From: Octopus vulgaris
Lineage: Eukaryota
Assembly: GCA_951406725.2 (NCBI GenBank)
Contig: OX597815.1
Coordinates: forward strand, 166,346,001-166,410,000
Direction of reading: 5' to 3'
Length of the DNA stretch: 64,000 nt
In this document: one piece after another, positions 39,196 through 56,225 of the stretch
How positions within the stretch are numbered: the first letter of the stretch is position 1
How the letters are laid out: each line of letters starts with the position of its first letter
The notes under the pieces: model-generated
What the model was told of the DNA's origin: nothing
Database searches by the model: none
What the model saw: the letters and a program-made list of their open reading frames with translations, nothing else
Made by a program: the position numbers and the translations under genes

Positions 39196-39477
39196 TGACG
39201 GAGATAAATTGAAGATGTTCAATGTCAATAATAGTATTTGTTGACGCTCATATGTGAGAGTATTTATTTGTATTAGATGAACGCGCGTATATAATATGTT
39301 TATAAATTTTTGGCTGAGATGTTAATGAAAATGTATGAAACGTTTTTATTATTGTGAAGTTACCTCCCAAAACAAACAAGAGTAGGAAATGGACCTTCAC
39401 GTATTCATTATGTTGTTTACACCCCCTCTCCCCCTCTCTCTCTATATATGTATATACATACATTTATATATATATAT

Positions 39478-39542
<65 letters not shown>

Positions 39543-39664
39543 CAATATATATATATACAAATATATATATACATATATATATGTATATACATATATATAT
39601 ATATACATACATATATATATATACATACATATATATATATACATACATATATATATATATATAC

Positions 39665-39695
<31 letters not shown>

Positions 39696-40424
39696 CTTAA
39701 TATATATATGTATATATATATATATATATAAATATATATATACACACATACATACATACATACACAACTTAGCGGTTCGACAGAATAAGTTACAAGCATA
39801 CAAAGAATAAATCCAGGGATCGATTTCTTCGACTAAAAGGCGATGCTCCAGCATGTCCCCAATCAAATGACTGAAGCAAGTAGAAGAATAAAAGAATACA
39901 CACACGCACACACACTCACATACACCCTCTATCTCTACCCCTCTCTCTCTCTCTCTCTCTCTCTCCCTCATACACTCACACACACACACATACACACACA
40001 TATATACAAGGAGATGGGGGTAGATTCTGGTGATATTGGTAGTTAATGAGAAAATTCTCTTTGAGTCGGGGCAGAGGAATGTCGGATAAGTTACACAAGT
40101 CGATTTTGTTTCATTCTAACATTTTTTTTTTTTTTTTTTTTTGCAAATGAAAATTTCTAGAAATAGTTTTCTGATAGTGTAAATTACAATTATATTAGAA
40201 TTTAATGTGGACAATGAATTCATGGGCGCGCACACACATACGAACCGAAGTTTATTTTTAGACAATTTTATTATAAAATATCCTTTTCCCCGAAAGTTTG
40301 GAAATAAAAGGGCACCTGTGGTTTGGAAACAAACGTCCTAATCAATGATTCGGATTACGTATAGGGCAATGACATTTCTCTACTGCACTACAAAGAAGGA
40401 GAGAGGAAAGAGGAAGAAAATAGA

Positions 40425-40460
<36 letters not shown>

Positions 40461-40484
40461 ATGATGATATATATATGTACACAT

Positions 40485-40696
40485 TCTTTTATTTGTTTCA
40501 GTCATTTGACTGCGGCCATGCTGGAGCATTGCCTTTAGTCGAACAAATCGACATCACGACTTATTCATTGTAAGACTAGTACTTATTCTCTCGTTCTGTT
40601 TTGCCGAACTGCTAAGTTGCGGGAACGTTAACACACCAACATCGGTTGTCAAGCGATGGTGGGGATAGACAGACACACACACGCACACACACACAC

Positions 40697-40731
<35 letters not shown>

Positions 40732-40865
40732 TATATACGACGGGCTTCTTTAAGTTTCCGTCTACCAAATCACTCACAAGGTTTTGGTTGGCCCGAGGCT
40801 ATAGTAGAAGACACTTGCCCAAAGTGCCACGCCGTGAGACAGAACTCGGAACCATGTGGTTGGTA
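40485..40865 (-). mobile_element. SINE family B
   Basis: Matches the other B copies. Confidence 0.85.
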
Positions 40866-41226
40866 AAAATATAATGAAATAGAGTGTACACACACACACA
40901 CACACACACACACAACACACACACACACACGTATTATATAATGTCAAAGTATTATATAATATATCAATTTATACACATGAACTTGTATGCATAGGCGTAT
41001 GGCACACAGTCTTCCAATATATCCTTGTACATATCTATATGTTATCTTACAACTTTGTTTCACATTTTGAGAAAAATATTATGGGTGTGGAGTGTTCCTT
41101 AACAGGTTAGAAAACTTCACTTAAAAAGTTTTTTGTCTTCCAACTTGAGAGATTTTATATGAACTCGCGACACCAACACCACGTACATTTTCTTTTCTTC
41201 TATTTTTCAGTTTCATTATTATTATT

Positions 41227-41261
<35 letters not shown>

Positions 41262-41267
41262 TATATA

Positions 41268-41700
41268 AGGCGGGCGAGCTGGCAGAATCGTTAAGCACGC
41301 TGGACGAAATGCTTAGCGGTATTTTGCTAGTTGCTACGTTCTGAGTTCAGATTCCGCCGAAGTCGACTTTGCCTTTCATCCTTTTAGGGGTCGATAAATT
41401 AAGTACCACTTGCGTACTGGGATCGATCTAATCGATTGACCCGAACCCCCACCAAATTTCAGGCCTTGTGCCTATAGCATTACTATATAAGGCGGCGAGC
41501 TGACAGAGTTGTTAGCACGCCGGGCAAAATGCGTAGCAGCGTTTCGTCCGTTCCTACGTCCTTAGTTCAAATTCCACCGGGGTCGACTTTACCTTTCCTC
41601 CTTTTGGGTCCGATGAAATAAGTACCAGTTGCGTGCTGGGTCGATGTACTTGACTTGTCCCCTCCCCCAAATTTCAGGTCTTGTGCTCGTAGCAGAGTAA

Positions 41701-41730
<30 letters not shown>
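41268..41730 (+). mobile_element. Two adjacent SINE family A copies
   Basis: Heads at 41268 and 41488; (ATT)n tail. Confidence 0.85.
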
Positions 41731-41733
<3 letters not shown>

Positions 41734-42412
41734 TTTAAAAATATTTGTTAGCTGGCGTGGCTGTCTCGTTTAAGAAGCTTGCTTCTCAACCCTTTGGCCT
41801 AGGGTTCAATATCACCCTCTGATATGTCATCCACTGTAGCCACAGGTTTGTGAGTGGATTTTGTGGACGGAAACTAAAAGAAGCCATCCCCCCCATCATT
41901 TGACAACAGATGTTGGTTTGTCTACGTCCCTCGTAACCTAACCTTTTGCAGATCTGATGTTCCACCCAGACCTTGAAGATGGTAACCAAGCTTGGTCGCA
42001 CTCCAGTGAGTGAATCAAGTAAACTTTGAAATATTATCTTTCTTTTACTCTCCCCACCACCAACAACAACAAACGGTAGTATGGTGGTTATGAGATGGTG
42101 AATCTATGGTTCCATAGAAATCAAATCCCTCTCAATAAACTTCCCACTGCCTTAAATGAGGGGCCAATAAAGGGCACGATATTAGCATCTTGAAAGCCAG
42201 TCATGCCACGATATATACATAGATACATACATACATACATACATACATACACACACACATACATACATACATACATACATACATACGTACAAACATACAT
42301 ACATACATAGAGAGAAAGAGCGAGAGAGATATACTCATATATGTATGGATATTCATATATATACACTAAAAAAAATGTGTTTTTATGTCAAGTTATATAT
42401 AGAAGCAATATA

Positions 42413-42476
42413 ATATTAAACTGAAAGTTCAGAAAGAATTTAACTTTCAGAAGGAGAAGATTGACTGCGAGTTTGA

Positions 42477-42523
<47 letters not shown>

Positions 42524-42539
42524 ATATATATATATATAT

Positions 42540-42576
<37 letters not shown>

Positions 42577-42640
42577 TCAAACTCGCAGTCAATCTTCTCC
42601 TTCTGAAAGTTAAATTCTTTCTGAACTTTCAGTTTAATAT
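42413..42640. repeat. Near-perfect palindrome centred on (AT)n
   Basis: ATATTAAACTGAAAGTTCAGAAAGAATTTAACTTTCAGAAGGAGAAGATTGACTGCGAGTTTGAATA + (CA)n mirrored on the right. Confidence 0.9.
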
Positions 42641-42813
42641 ATATATATATATATATGCATATATGGGTACAGGACGTCACCAACAGTAAACAACATGAAA
42701 TACGAAAACAAATTAATTCAATATGCAAAGAGAGAAATGAAGGGAAGACAGGACAAGTAACATAAAGAACGGACCTTCATCAGTTGTCGGCTGTCTATCT
42801 ACTCATTTCGAGC

Positions 42814-42877
<64 letters not shown>

Positions 42878-43267
42878 AAGTGTCGAAATTGTGATGATTT
42901 TCGGTCAATAATTGATGAAGAATGAACGTGTACACGTCGTTTGTGTTTATCTTTACTTGTTTTCTGTATGCTCATTCCTTCGTCGTCCTCTTGTACCACT
43001 CTTTACTATTGTGTGTGTACACACTTTGAAACTACATGTATCCAATAACAACCACATACATTTAAGTTTTCAACTAATAGAGTTAGTTCTGCTATAAAAC
43101 TGTTACGTACATAGCTACTTTCGAAAATCAATATTCTCTCTTTCATTTTTATTTTAGTTGGAGTAATCAACACTATATTCAATGTTATATTCTCTTCTCA
43201 AAGAGAAGCAAATTCAAATACGTCAATCGCCTTCTAATATGTGGATGTGCGCACGCGCGTGTATGTG

Positions 43268-43314
<47 letters not shown>

Positions 43315-43383
43315 CATGCATATATCTGTCTATATATATTTCATACATATAGATAGGTATAGACACACACACACATACAGACG

Positions 43384-43416
<33 letters not shown>

Positions 43417-43435
43417 TCAATGGAAAGAGAAAGTG

Positions 43436-43470
43436 GTTTGACTTTTCGGGTGTGAGGCCTTCATCAGAAG
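43436..43470 (-). ncRNA. Degenerate minimal hammerhead motif of a PLE pseudo-LTR
   Basis: Reverse complement CTGATGA-AGG-CCTCACA-CCC-GAAA-A-GTC, next to a microsatellite. Confidence 0.45.
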
Positions 43471-45042
43471 AAAGGGAAACGCGGGAAATGTGAGCAAGAA
43501 AAATAGTCTGTGACGGAAAAGATTCTAGTGATGGTTTAAAAACTATGTAGGAATGTTGTACTACGAGGAGGGAAGTTAATAAGGTTGGAAAGGGCATGCG
43601 CGTCGATGCAAGTATCTGAATGTATCTGTGTCTCCATGCTGGCAGAAGCAAGAGTGGTGATTTGTTTTTTTAAATTCTAGTGTGTATGTGCGTATAGGTG
43701 TACAAGTGTGAGGGAAACTGGTGAAGCAAATGAGATGGCAAGAGCAATATATTACACGAATACACACTCACACACACTCATGCCTAGAAGATTTGTATGG
43801 ATAGAATGTAATTCGTTTGCACTGTTTATTTAGTTGCTGTTTTTGTTTTAGCGAATACAGAATAGCTCAGGAGTGCATAAGTTACCAGGTTAGGTGATTT
43901 AGGACGATTTATATTTGACAGGGTAAAAAAAAAAAATATCTATGTAAAAGTTACTTGTAAATTTTATCTTATCAATAATATCATTGATAATATTGACTCG
44001 TATATTATTGATAAAGCACTTAATTCGTAAAGCATTTGCGAAGCTACAATAAATGTGCGTATTGAGAATCTATAATTTACCGAATTATTCTCACTTATGT
44101 TTTTCGACTATATCTTAAACAGCTGGTAAACAAGACCTTGTAATCAACAATATCGGTACTTTCGTACTACTGAACACTTATATAATTTGGGCTAATTTCA
44201 AACGTTTGTCGATACAGAAAATATAGGCCTGTTAATCTGCCACTGACAATACGTGTGTGTGTGTGTGTGCATCGCTGTGTCTTGCTCTAAGTCAGCCATG
44301 AATGAACAGACATATAATTAAACACAACCCAATAGTAATTTGTATTGGTGTATTTAAGACTTAAGACAATTTTATGTATTTTGTCATTCCATTTTATAAG
44401 ACTGGTGTAATTAAGTGTTGTTTTTTAGTCCTAATTTAGACCTTATCGAATTAGACACATTTATTGACCAAAAAGTGACATTCGGGAAGGTGGGGACGCT
44501 GTGATTTTGGTCAGTTATATAACATGGAAATCGGAAAACCGGCCTTATGAGTCCTAGGGCTCAACAATGTGTCTGAAGACAAACACACACACACACATAT
44601 ACATACACATAGATATAACGTACATGATTTAAATACGATATATGATCTACGTATACCTACTACAGAGACGTACACACACACAATTTATTATGTATGATTT
44701 ATATAGCATATATATATTGCTCCTAGCTTCAGTCTGCGCGCTCTTCGCCATTAGAAGTCCGCACGTCAAAATTCCTGCTGGGTAAAACAGACATCTACCG
44801 GGAGCTACGAAGCTACGAACGTGATTCAGTTTGGAACCTGTCGTATGTGAAGCGATACTCTTTCTAAACGATTAAACGGGGTTATCTAGGGTTTAAACAC
44901 TATGGAATTTTCTGACTTGATTGTTTAAAATTGCTTAAAATCTATGCAGATATTTGCTAAATCAATTACTCCCAGAATTTGCATTTCAGTGGAAAAATTC
45001 TGTTCACATTTTTATACATATATGAATGTGTATGTATCTGAA

Positions 45043-45091
<49 letters not shown>

Positions 45092-45631
45092 TCACACATA
45101 CATGTGTATGTATGCACTGATGTAGCTTCGCTTGCTGTTGACAAAATAGCATTCATTTTTACCATTTTTTTTTCTAGAAATTCATAATTTTAGTCGTCAG
45201 CATGTAAAATTTACTTCAAAACTATGTATGTGTCATCAACTCATCGTAGTTACTCCAGCTATAAGAGCCAACAGCCAATTCCTCCCCCAAATCACCTCTT
45301 TCCTGTCTTAAAAATAGAGCAGTACGGATTACATAACGATGTCCTAAATATTAAAATATAATATAAGCACTGTTAAAAGAGAAGCCGACCTAGGGTTAAA
45401 ATAATAACTGCAACTGCAACAACAGCGTAACTACCACAACTTTACCTATACTGACAATAAATCTCCAAGGAAACAAGAAGTCTAAGTACCTTGTTTCCTG
45501 AGAACCAAGAGAAACGATGTATATATATATATACACTGCCAAATGATATTTGTTCACCCATACACAAACAACTAGCTATGTTGTGCTTTCTCACTTTTTC
45601 TTACTGTATCTTTTATTTTACCTTAATTTTG

Positions 45632-45668
<37 letters not shown>

Positions 45669-47295
45669 CTTCATTTTATTTTATTCGTATATTAACATTT
45701 TTCAAAAGTTTTCAAATCCATTCCGAATCTTGTTGAATTTCTTCCAACTACTCCAAGTATTTCAAAAAGTTTCACCTGATTATTTTCAGAAATATGTAGC
45801 TTTCATGTAAATTTTTACTTGCTGATAACTAAAAATTATTATGAATTTCCAGAAAAGATAAGAAAAAAAAGAGTGAAAAAAATGAAGAAATGAATGCTAT
45901 TTTAGTCATCAGCATGCGAAGCTACATCAGTGCAGGAAATTTGAAATACTTCAAATGGTTGGAAAAAGATTTAACAAGATCCTCCATTCCTCTTAATTTT
46001 CTTAAACAATTTTCGCCCATTTTACATCTAGTTTTCAACATTTCTTTTTCCTTTTCCTTCCCGCAATCTCTAGTCTCGTTCCACTCTTTCTACATTTCTC
46101 TTCAGACTCTCTTTTAATATGTATATATATATATATATATGTATATGTATATATGTATCTTTTTTGTGTCGTCTGATTTTCCTCCCTCTTCTATTTCAAT
46201 GTATTGTTACTACTCTCCCCAATACACGGCAACTTCTTCCTTTCTCTTACCCTCCCTCGTCCACTACCTCTCTCTTACGTGCACGTAATTTTAGTGTCGT
46301 CTGGATTTTTAACCTTTCTTATTCTCATTTCCTTTCTGTCTTTTTTCTCACCACAACTCATTTACTCTCTGTTACTCTCTGGCACATAAAAGACACTCTT
46401 TCGCTTTCTGTTGCTTCTTCCCCCTCTCTCTCTCTCGTTCTCTTACCCTCTCTTCACCTTTCCTCCTCCAAGCCGCCATAACATTCCAACCCCACCACCA
46501 CCACCACCACCACCTCTCATTGCTTCCATCTCTGCCATCGTCGTCACCAATTTGGTCTGAGACTAGGACGACATACACAGAGACTCGCGCGCGCACGCGT
46601 ACGTGGACCACACGTAAACGCATTTATATTTTTACACACACACGCATACACGCATACATGCTCTGTGAAACACATGTACACAACGACATACACAAACATT
46701 CACAGACATTCTCCCAATACCACCACCACCACCACCACTCTCCTCGACTGCACATTCCTCCTCTTGCTGCTCCTCCTCGCCCTCCTCCTCTCCCCTCCTC
46801 ACGCAAACTCATGAATACGTCACCACTAGTAGCATCACACTGTGTTGGATAGCTGTCATAGTGGTTGCGAATGTGTACATACGTCTACGTACGTCTGAAC
46901 GTATATCTGTATATGCGTGTATGTATGCGTGTGCGTATGTGTATGTATGTGTGCGTGCGTGTGAGTGTGTGTGTGTGTGCATACGCAATGCTCAGTATAT
47001 GTTTATAAGTGACTTTATCTTTGTGCGTGCGTGTGTTTGTGTTACATGAGAGACAGACAGACAGAGAGAGACACAGAGAAGCAAAGAGAGAGAGAGAGAG
47101 CTAGAGACTGGCTTTGCTCTCCTTTCTTTTTTCGTTCGATGCTCTAACATTTAACCATGGGAAAGTTCAAATTTTGCCTGCCTACAGGAAATGCCATCCT
47201 AGTTTTTTTTAATTTTTATTTTTCATTCTTATTATTTTTCTCTTCTATTTTTTTTTAAAAATATATATTTTGTGTGTTACTTAGCTGGGCTTCTT

Positions 47296-47339
<44 letters not shown>

Positions 47340-47780
47340 TCCCTTTTTTTGTCTGTTTTCATTTTGCTTCTTTCACCCCTTCTCATTCTCCCTCTCTTTA
47401 TCCCCCTCTCTCTCTCTCTCTCTCTCTCTTTCCCATCTCTATACATACCTTTCTGCGTACCATTTCTTTTTTCAAACACTTCTTGTTGATATATTTCTGT
47501 GTTTTCCTCCCACAACCTCTTTCTTATTTTCTCTTATGAACGAATCTGTTCCTTTTCTTCTGTCCCTTATTTCGTATCACTCTATCCCCTATCTTACCTT
47601 TCACTTAGTTCCTTTTCATCTCCTTTTATATTTTTTCTCACAATATTTCTTCAATATTCCCATTGCTTGTCTTATTTTTTCCCGTGCTTCTCTTCCTAGC
47701 TACATAAATACGCGCGCGAATACACACACATACACACTCGGTGTGTATGGATATACATTCATGTGTGTGTGTGTGTGTAT

Positions 47781-47825
<45 letters not shown>

Positions 47826-47852
47826 CATATATATATACATATATATATATAC

Positions 47853-47903
<51 letters not shown>

Positions 47904-48077
47904 CATATATATATATACATACATATATATATATATATATGCATACATATATATGTGCATGTATATGCGTGTATATATATATATATATATATATGCATAC
48001 ATACATACATACAAAATTCGACTAACCGTCCTTCTATCTATCTCTACCACCATATGTATATATATATATATATATAT

Positions 48078-48123
<46 letters not shown>

Positions 48124-48351
48124 TTAGCTTTCTATGTACCATTTTGTCAGTCTACCTCTATATATATTATGCTGTTTCACACACACACACGCACGCACAC
48201 ACAAAACAATAACAACGCCGTAAGTGCGTCTCATGTGGTCACTAGATCTGCTAGAAATTGTAGCCAAATCTTCAACTCACACTAAAATCATATTTAGAAA
48301 TGGAAAACATGAATTGAATCACTTTAGTCTTAGATACGCCTAAAAAGAGGT

Positions 48352-49092
48352 ATACCTACATATGCGCACCATCACCGGATTTCGTTTCCTGATAACTTTC
48401 AGAAAAATGTATGTTTTTTAATGAAATTTCCAGCAAATAAACTTCAGATGGTCTAGATTCCTATTATGTAGGAATTTGTTGTGAAAGAAAAAAAAAAAAA
48501 TTCCGAGTGTGGGAAGAGGAGTTTTAGAAAATTCACACGAGTAAACTTTGTTTCCTCATAACTTTCAGCAAAATGTGGGGGTTTTTTTAATGAAATTTTT
48601 TTCTGATACATTTCAGAGTGTTAAGAATACGATTCTAATTTAATATGGAAAAGAAAAAGAAAGAAAAAACAGTTGGTGGGTTCACGCACATACATACTGC
48701 TATACATTACATACATCAACAGAGTGAAACTTGAAATTTTGATAAAATTGTGATATGTGTCAGTCTGTATGTGTGTGTACTCACCATTTTTTTTTTTTTT
48801 TTTACATCAAATTCCGATAGGATCGTAATCTACACTGGAACGTATTCGTAGTAAATGTCATAGAAAAATACCCATTTTTGTGAAAGTTATGAGGAAACAA
48901 AGTCGACACGTGTGAATTTACCAGACTCTTCTCCCTACCTCCCGGAATGGTTTTTTTTTTTTTTTTCAGAACAAATTATGATATAATTGAAATCTACACC
49001 ATCTGAAGCGTATTTGTAGAAAACTTCATTAAAAAATATCCATTTTTCTGAAAGTCATGAGGAAACAAAGTCAACGTGGCGGGGACACACTT
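48352..49092. mobile_element. Foldback-like element with repeated subterminal motif TTTCCTCATAACTTTCAG
   Basis: Motif twice forward on the left arm and twice inverted on the right; related copy at 56756-57350; interrupts a family E repeat. Confidence 0.65.
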
Positions 49093-49409
49093 TAGTAAGA
49101 AGCATGCCTAAAATGATGGTATGGCCACGATTGTAACGCTTTTGATCCTAGTCCGGTCAGTGCTGGTCAGAGGCTAACTAACCAACAGGAACAATGATTT
49201 TCAACATTCGCTAAGTTGTTTCATGATACAAAAATCTAGCACACACCGTGGGGCCGCTTGGGCTTTTAATAAAACTTTTGTTTTTATCGTCTGAAATATG
49301 TAAAACAACATTCAAACGATTTTTTAGCGAAGATCCTTATACGTATCTAAACATTTATCTGTACAGAAATGTGAATACTATCATAGAATACACACACACA
49401 AATGTTTAA

Positions 49410-50461
<1,052 letters not shown>

Positions 50462-50934
50462 CGCATACTCTCTCTCTCACAAACACACACGTATAATACT
50501 AAATTATCTTCCATTTTGGAAATTTCGAATGAAAAACTTCTTTCATTTAAATCTAAAAAAGCATGGTCCAGATGGTGTTTTGTGAGTTGCAAACTTGTTT
50601 ATATATTTAATAATTGTTGTTTTGACATTTTTCAGTGAGTGCGTGTGTGTTTTTTTTTTTTTTTTTAGTTATCTTTATTTCACAACAAGTAACTTAGTCT
50701 AAGAAGAATACAATAACACTAAAACAATAATAATAACGTAAAAGACAAGACGTTAATGTAGTTCCAGAATTTGTGCTTGTTTTCTCGTATGTGTGTGTGC
50801 GTGTGCGTGCGTGTGTGTGTGCTGGCAGATGAAACATGTTGTAAAATATTTTTTTAAAGAAAATGATATAAGTAAAACGTTTGATTCCATTTTTCTGATT
50901 GTCTGGATTTACGTTGTTAATTAAGAACGAAAGA

Positions 50935-50981
<47 letters not shown>

Positions 50982-51201
50982 GGTCTGTTTGTCTCCTCTC
51001 AGACCTAGTTGCGTTTTTAATTCTATGTACGTAATTCTGTCTCTATAACCCATAATAAACTGCGCATATATATATATATACATATACATATATATATATG
51101 TGTGTGTGTGTGTGTGTATGGGTGGGTGTGTGTGTATGCAAATATTTATATATGTATGCATATATATATCTATATGCACGTATATGTGTATGCATGTATA
51201 T

Positions 51202-51232
<31 letters not shown>

Positions 51233-51318
51233 CATACATACATGTATATCTATATATTTATGCATGTATATGCATATATATATGTTTATATATATATATA
51301 TATGTATGTATGTATGTT

Positions 51319-51349
<31 letters not shown>

Positions 51350-51516
51350 GTATGTATGTTTGTACATATACATGTATGTATGTATATATATATATGTGTG
51401 TGTGTGCGTGTATGCATGTATAGATGCATGTATGTATATATATATATGTACATGAATGAATGTATATATTTAGGTATATGTATTGGTATGTGTATATTTA
51501 TGTATAAGTATGTATG

Positions 51517-51563
<47 letters not shown>

Positions 51564-51941
51564 GTATGTATACATACGTATGCATATGGGAGAGAGAGAG
51601 GGGGGGTGGGGAAAATGGGGCTGGAGGGAAATGGGGCTGGTGGGAAATATATGAAGAGGGTTGAAGTTAACGAAAGAGGTCCAGCATATGAATTCCTGCA
51701 AAGTAACATGAAAATGGCAGCACTTTTCGTAGAAGTAATCAAATTTATGATATTTTCATTTGAAACCTTGTGAAATCAATTTTCCAGCTAAGATAGCAAT
51801 TACGTCGTGTGCAATAATGTTTACGAATTATAATCCTGTCTAATATTTATCATTTGCTTGCTGCTAAATGAGTTCCTACGTCAACTTATGTTTGGAATTG
51901 GTTTTCGTATATATACATACATATATACACATACACACATA

Positions 51942-51983
<42 letters not shown>

Positions 51984-52240
51984 CATACATACATACATAC
52001 ATACATACACACACACACATATATATATATATATACACACACACACATATATATATATACACACACATATATATATATATATACACACACACATATATAT
52101 ATATACACACACACACACATATATATACACACACATACACATACACACACACACACATATACACACATATATATACACACACACACACACATATATATAC
52201 ACACACACACACATATATATATACACACACACACATATAT

Positions 52241-52382
<142 letters not shown>

Positions 52383-53654
52383 CTTAAAATGTCTGCAAAT
52401 GTTGAAAATTTTCATTATAATACTTATCAAAAAGCAAACAAAAAGGAAGAAGGGTTGTTGGGAGAAGGGTGTGGCACCCGTCTCACTCTTCCCAATATAG
52501 GCGAATATTTCTGATCAACCTTCTTAATTAAGAACAAGTAACGAGAGGGAAAATTAGGGATTGCATCCTGCTTCGTCGCAGCGCTAGGCAAGTTCGAAAA
52601 AGTTTTTTCAACCATCTCAATTTTTTTTTTTTTTTATTAAACATGGCGATTTGTCCACCCATTTTCAATCGTCACAGTCACCCCACCCTCATTTTAATTT
52701 TACTTAGTATGACAGTTTGTCTGCCCCTCTTTTTTTTTTTTTTTTTTCAAGCTTCCTCTTCACCACAATGAGAAACATTGCATTATATAAATAAAATACA
52801 AGTCAACCTCAGCACTGTATTTTTTTTCAACTCCGGAAGGATGAACAGTAAAGCTGATCTCAGAGGGATTTGAACTCATAATATGAAGAACTTTGATTTA
52901 AACGCCGTAAAGTATTTTCTTTGATGTTTTAAAACTTTTGTCAGTTCAACGCCAATAGCTAATTCCGACATCTTGAGTTCAAATCTTGCTGAGGGCAAAC
53001 TTCATTTTTCGTAATCTTTCTAGCTGGATAAAATAAAGTGCCAACCACTTGTCAAGTATTGACGTTGATATAATGATATTAATATTAATAAACTACATTT
53101 GCGGATCATAAATTGATATTTTTCAAAGCAATCTTAACATTAATTCATTAGCATTATAAATGATATTCATATAAAAAACAATAGCAATTGAACTCTTGTT
53201 TTATTATTCAAAACAAAATGCTTAATAAAAGAGATTTGTTTATAGGCTGTCTCCTAGGATGGTCTTAGCCGCGTTGTCTTGTCTGAAGTAAAATCTTACG
53301 TATTGTAACAGTGGAAGGAGTTCCAAATTCATTCTATCCCAGAGAACTAGCAGAAATTTGTTTTTGTTGTTGTTGTCTATTAACTACAGGTTACTTCTGA
53401 TAGAACCCTAATGGAAAAGTATTTCATTCAAATTATCCCATTTAAAAAAAATATATATTTTCTGATGTTACTTTCTCTCATTTTGTAAGGCGTGATTTTA
53501 CGAACACCTCATCTTCATACCTCTCCCTCCGTCTCTGTATACACATTTATTTATATACATACATACATACATTCCTGAATATACGTATTCCTTTATGTAT
53601 ATCTATGTATTGTCTCATTTGTTCATAATTTTACGAGTATAGAAATATATATGC

Positions 53655-53740
<86 letters not shown>

Positions 53741-54774
53741 ACGTAATAATATTTACATACTGCGTATGATGGGCTTTGAGTGCGCTTACGTAAGTACGTG
53801 TCCATGGATGCGCGCGCAGTGCACAAACTTTCCTGTAAATCGTATGTTCTGCCTGTATACGTAGAAGACGACGTCGCAAGCGAACTCTCTAATTTTAAAA
53901 AAATGACCGTCAATTTCAACAAACGTATATTGCTTTTTGTACACTTGAGATTTTTGCCTTGCTTACTTACATACGGCTAGTTTTCACTTATCACCGCCCA
54001 GCCTCCAGCGAAACGTCTTTCTTGTTTTTCTCTGCCTCGCCAAGCGTGGTGGTCATATCCGTCCTGTACGTTCATTCATACATACAGTGTCGTACGTATT
54101 ATCCATGGAAATATGGATACATATATTCATATATCTGCATATTCATTTAGGTATATAGTCATGAGATAAATACCACTCGAGATATGTATAGATAGACTAC
54201 AGTTGTTCGGAATGGGGGATTCATTCTGTCTCTAAACCAAATATCTTGTCTGCGCGCATACGCATATATGGTGATTGATAACAACATATAAAGAAAAATA
54301 GAGAAAACAGGAAAATATAGGGTTAACTAGGATAAGTAATAATTAAAAAGCATGAATTTATAAGTCTATGTGAGCTTGCATTTGTGTGTGTGTATATGTA
54401 TATATATATATATACTCTTTTTTTTTTTACTCTTTTACTTGTTTCAGTCATTTGACTGCGGCCATGCCTTTAATCGAGCAACTCGACCCCGAGACTTATT
54501 CTTTTGTAAGCCCAGTACTTATTCTATCGGTCTCTTTTGCCGAACCGCTATGTAACGGTTATATATATATATATATATATACATACACGTGTATAGTTGC
54601 TACTAAAGGTATGGAGGGTGCGAATAGCCACCTTGATAATATATATATCAGTTATTCATTTGCTATATTGTACCCTCTACGTACATAGATACATACACAT
54701 GTATATTCATTCATGCATTCGACTGGACCCTTGAAGGCGGTGATCCAGCATGGCCACAGTCCAAAGAAACAAGA

Positions 54775-55035
<261 letters not shown>

Positions 55036-55814
55036 CACACACACACGAATGTATGCAATACCGTCTGTGTGTACGTGTGCGAAAGGAAGAAAAGGAGAAA
55101 ATAATGACTAAGAATATGTAGGTTAAATTGAAATATTTAGTGATAGTCTTCTTAGATGCCCAACTTGCAAGGCATCCGTAAATTGAGACACAAGGTTCTT
55201 CTTCGTAAGAACCGCCCAATTATAAATACAGGAAGTCATCAATATAGAACCGCGATACATGAATCTTCACGCATGTATGCAAATCCCCTCCTCGCTCCCC
55301 CTTCCACACAGACAGCTAGACAGACACTCACACACTTCCAACAATTCGCTCTATGTGTGAGAAAAGAAACAAGCGAAAAGATATTGTAATAGGCGAGAGA
55401 CAGCATCACACGTGTGCCATTTGTATAAACAGTGAACTGCACAAGCCAATGGGAGAGACAGAGAGAGAGAGAGAAAGAGATAGCTTCTACGCGTTGGTTC
55501 GTTTGCCTGGTTACAAATAGCAGCCAAATATTCCTGAACAAGCATCCGACAATTTTAGGTGTGGAAAGGACACTATAGATAAAAATGTAGTTGTTTCTCA
55601 GTACATAGCTCTAAAAAAAAAGGACTGTATTTACGCATAGCTGTAGCCATGCAACTCCGAACCAACAGCGGTAACCACAACGACAGACAGTACCAGATGA
55701 ACGAGTCAACTTTGAGGAGCCTCTAACGGTGTTCTTCAGCCTGCTGGAAATAGCAACCAAATTTCTTGTACATCACGTATGAAAGAAAAAAATGGAAGAC
55801 CATATCGGATATTT

Positions 55815-56225
55815 GGATCTTTTCGGTTTGAACGGCAGTTTTAACATAATTTCTAGGTAACTAAAAAATTTTAAACTTCGTATAGTGGTAGAATGTGTTT
55901 ATAAAACATTTTTCTCTTGGCTTTATTGAGAAAATTCTATAGTTTGTAAGATATTTGTTTGTTTTTTTCTTCAATTTCTGCAATTTCAACCAATCAGTAA
56001 CGTCCATTGAGGTAAAAAAAAAAAAAACCTTCTGTGCCGTATGAATATGTCCCTCGTTTAAGAAACAGATTGGGTTTATTTACATTTGTGAAGAAAAAAA
56101 AGATACCCTTCTCCCTAACCCTAACACAGATTGAAATGCAATATATCGATACTAGGGTCATAATTATGAGTGACAATTTCATATGACACCGCTAGAAAAA
56201 ACTGCCGTTCAAACCGAAAAGATCC
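55815..56225. mobile_element. Merlin-like MITE, second copy
   Basis: Same TIRs as 3272-3677; 8-bp TSD GGATATTT (55807-55814, 56226-56233). Confidence 0.88.

Noticed and set aside
42765-42815. Hammerhead motif on the minus strand (CGAAA...CTGATGA)
   Set aside because: Core words are present but I could not form stems I and II.
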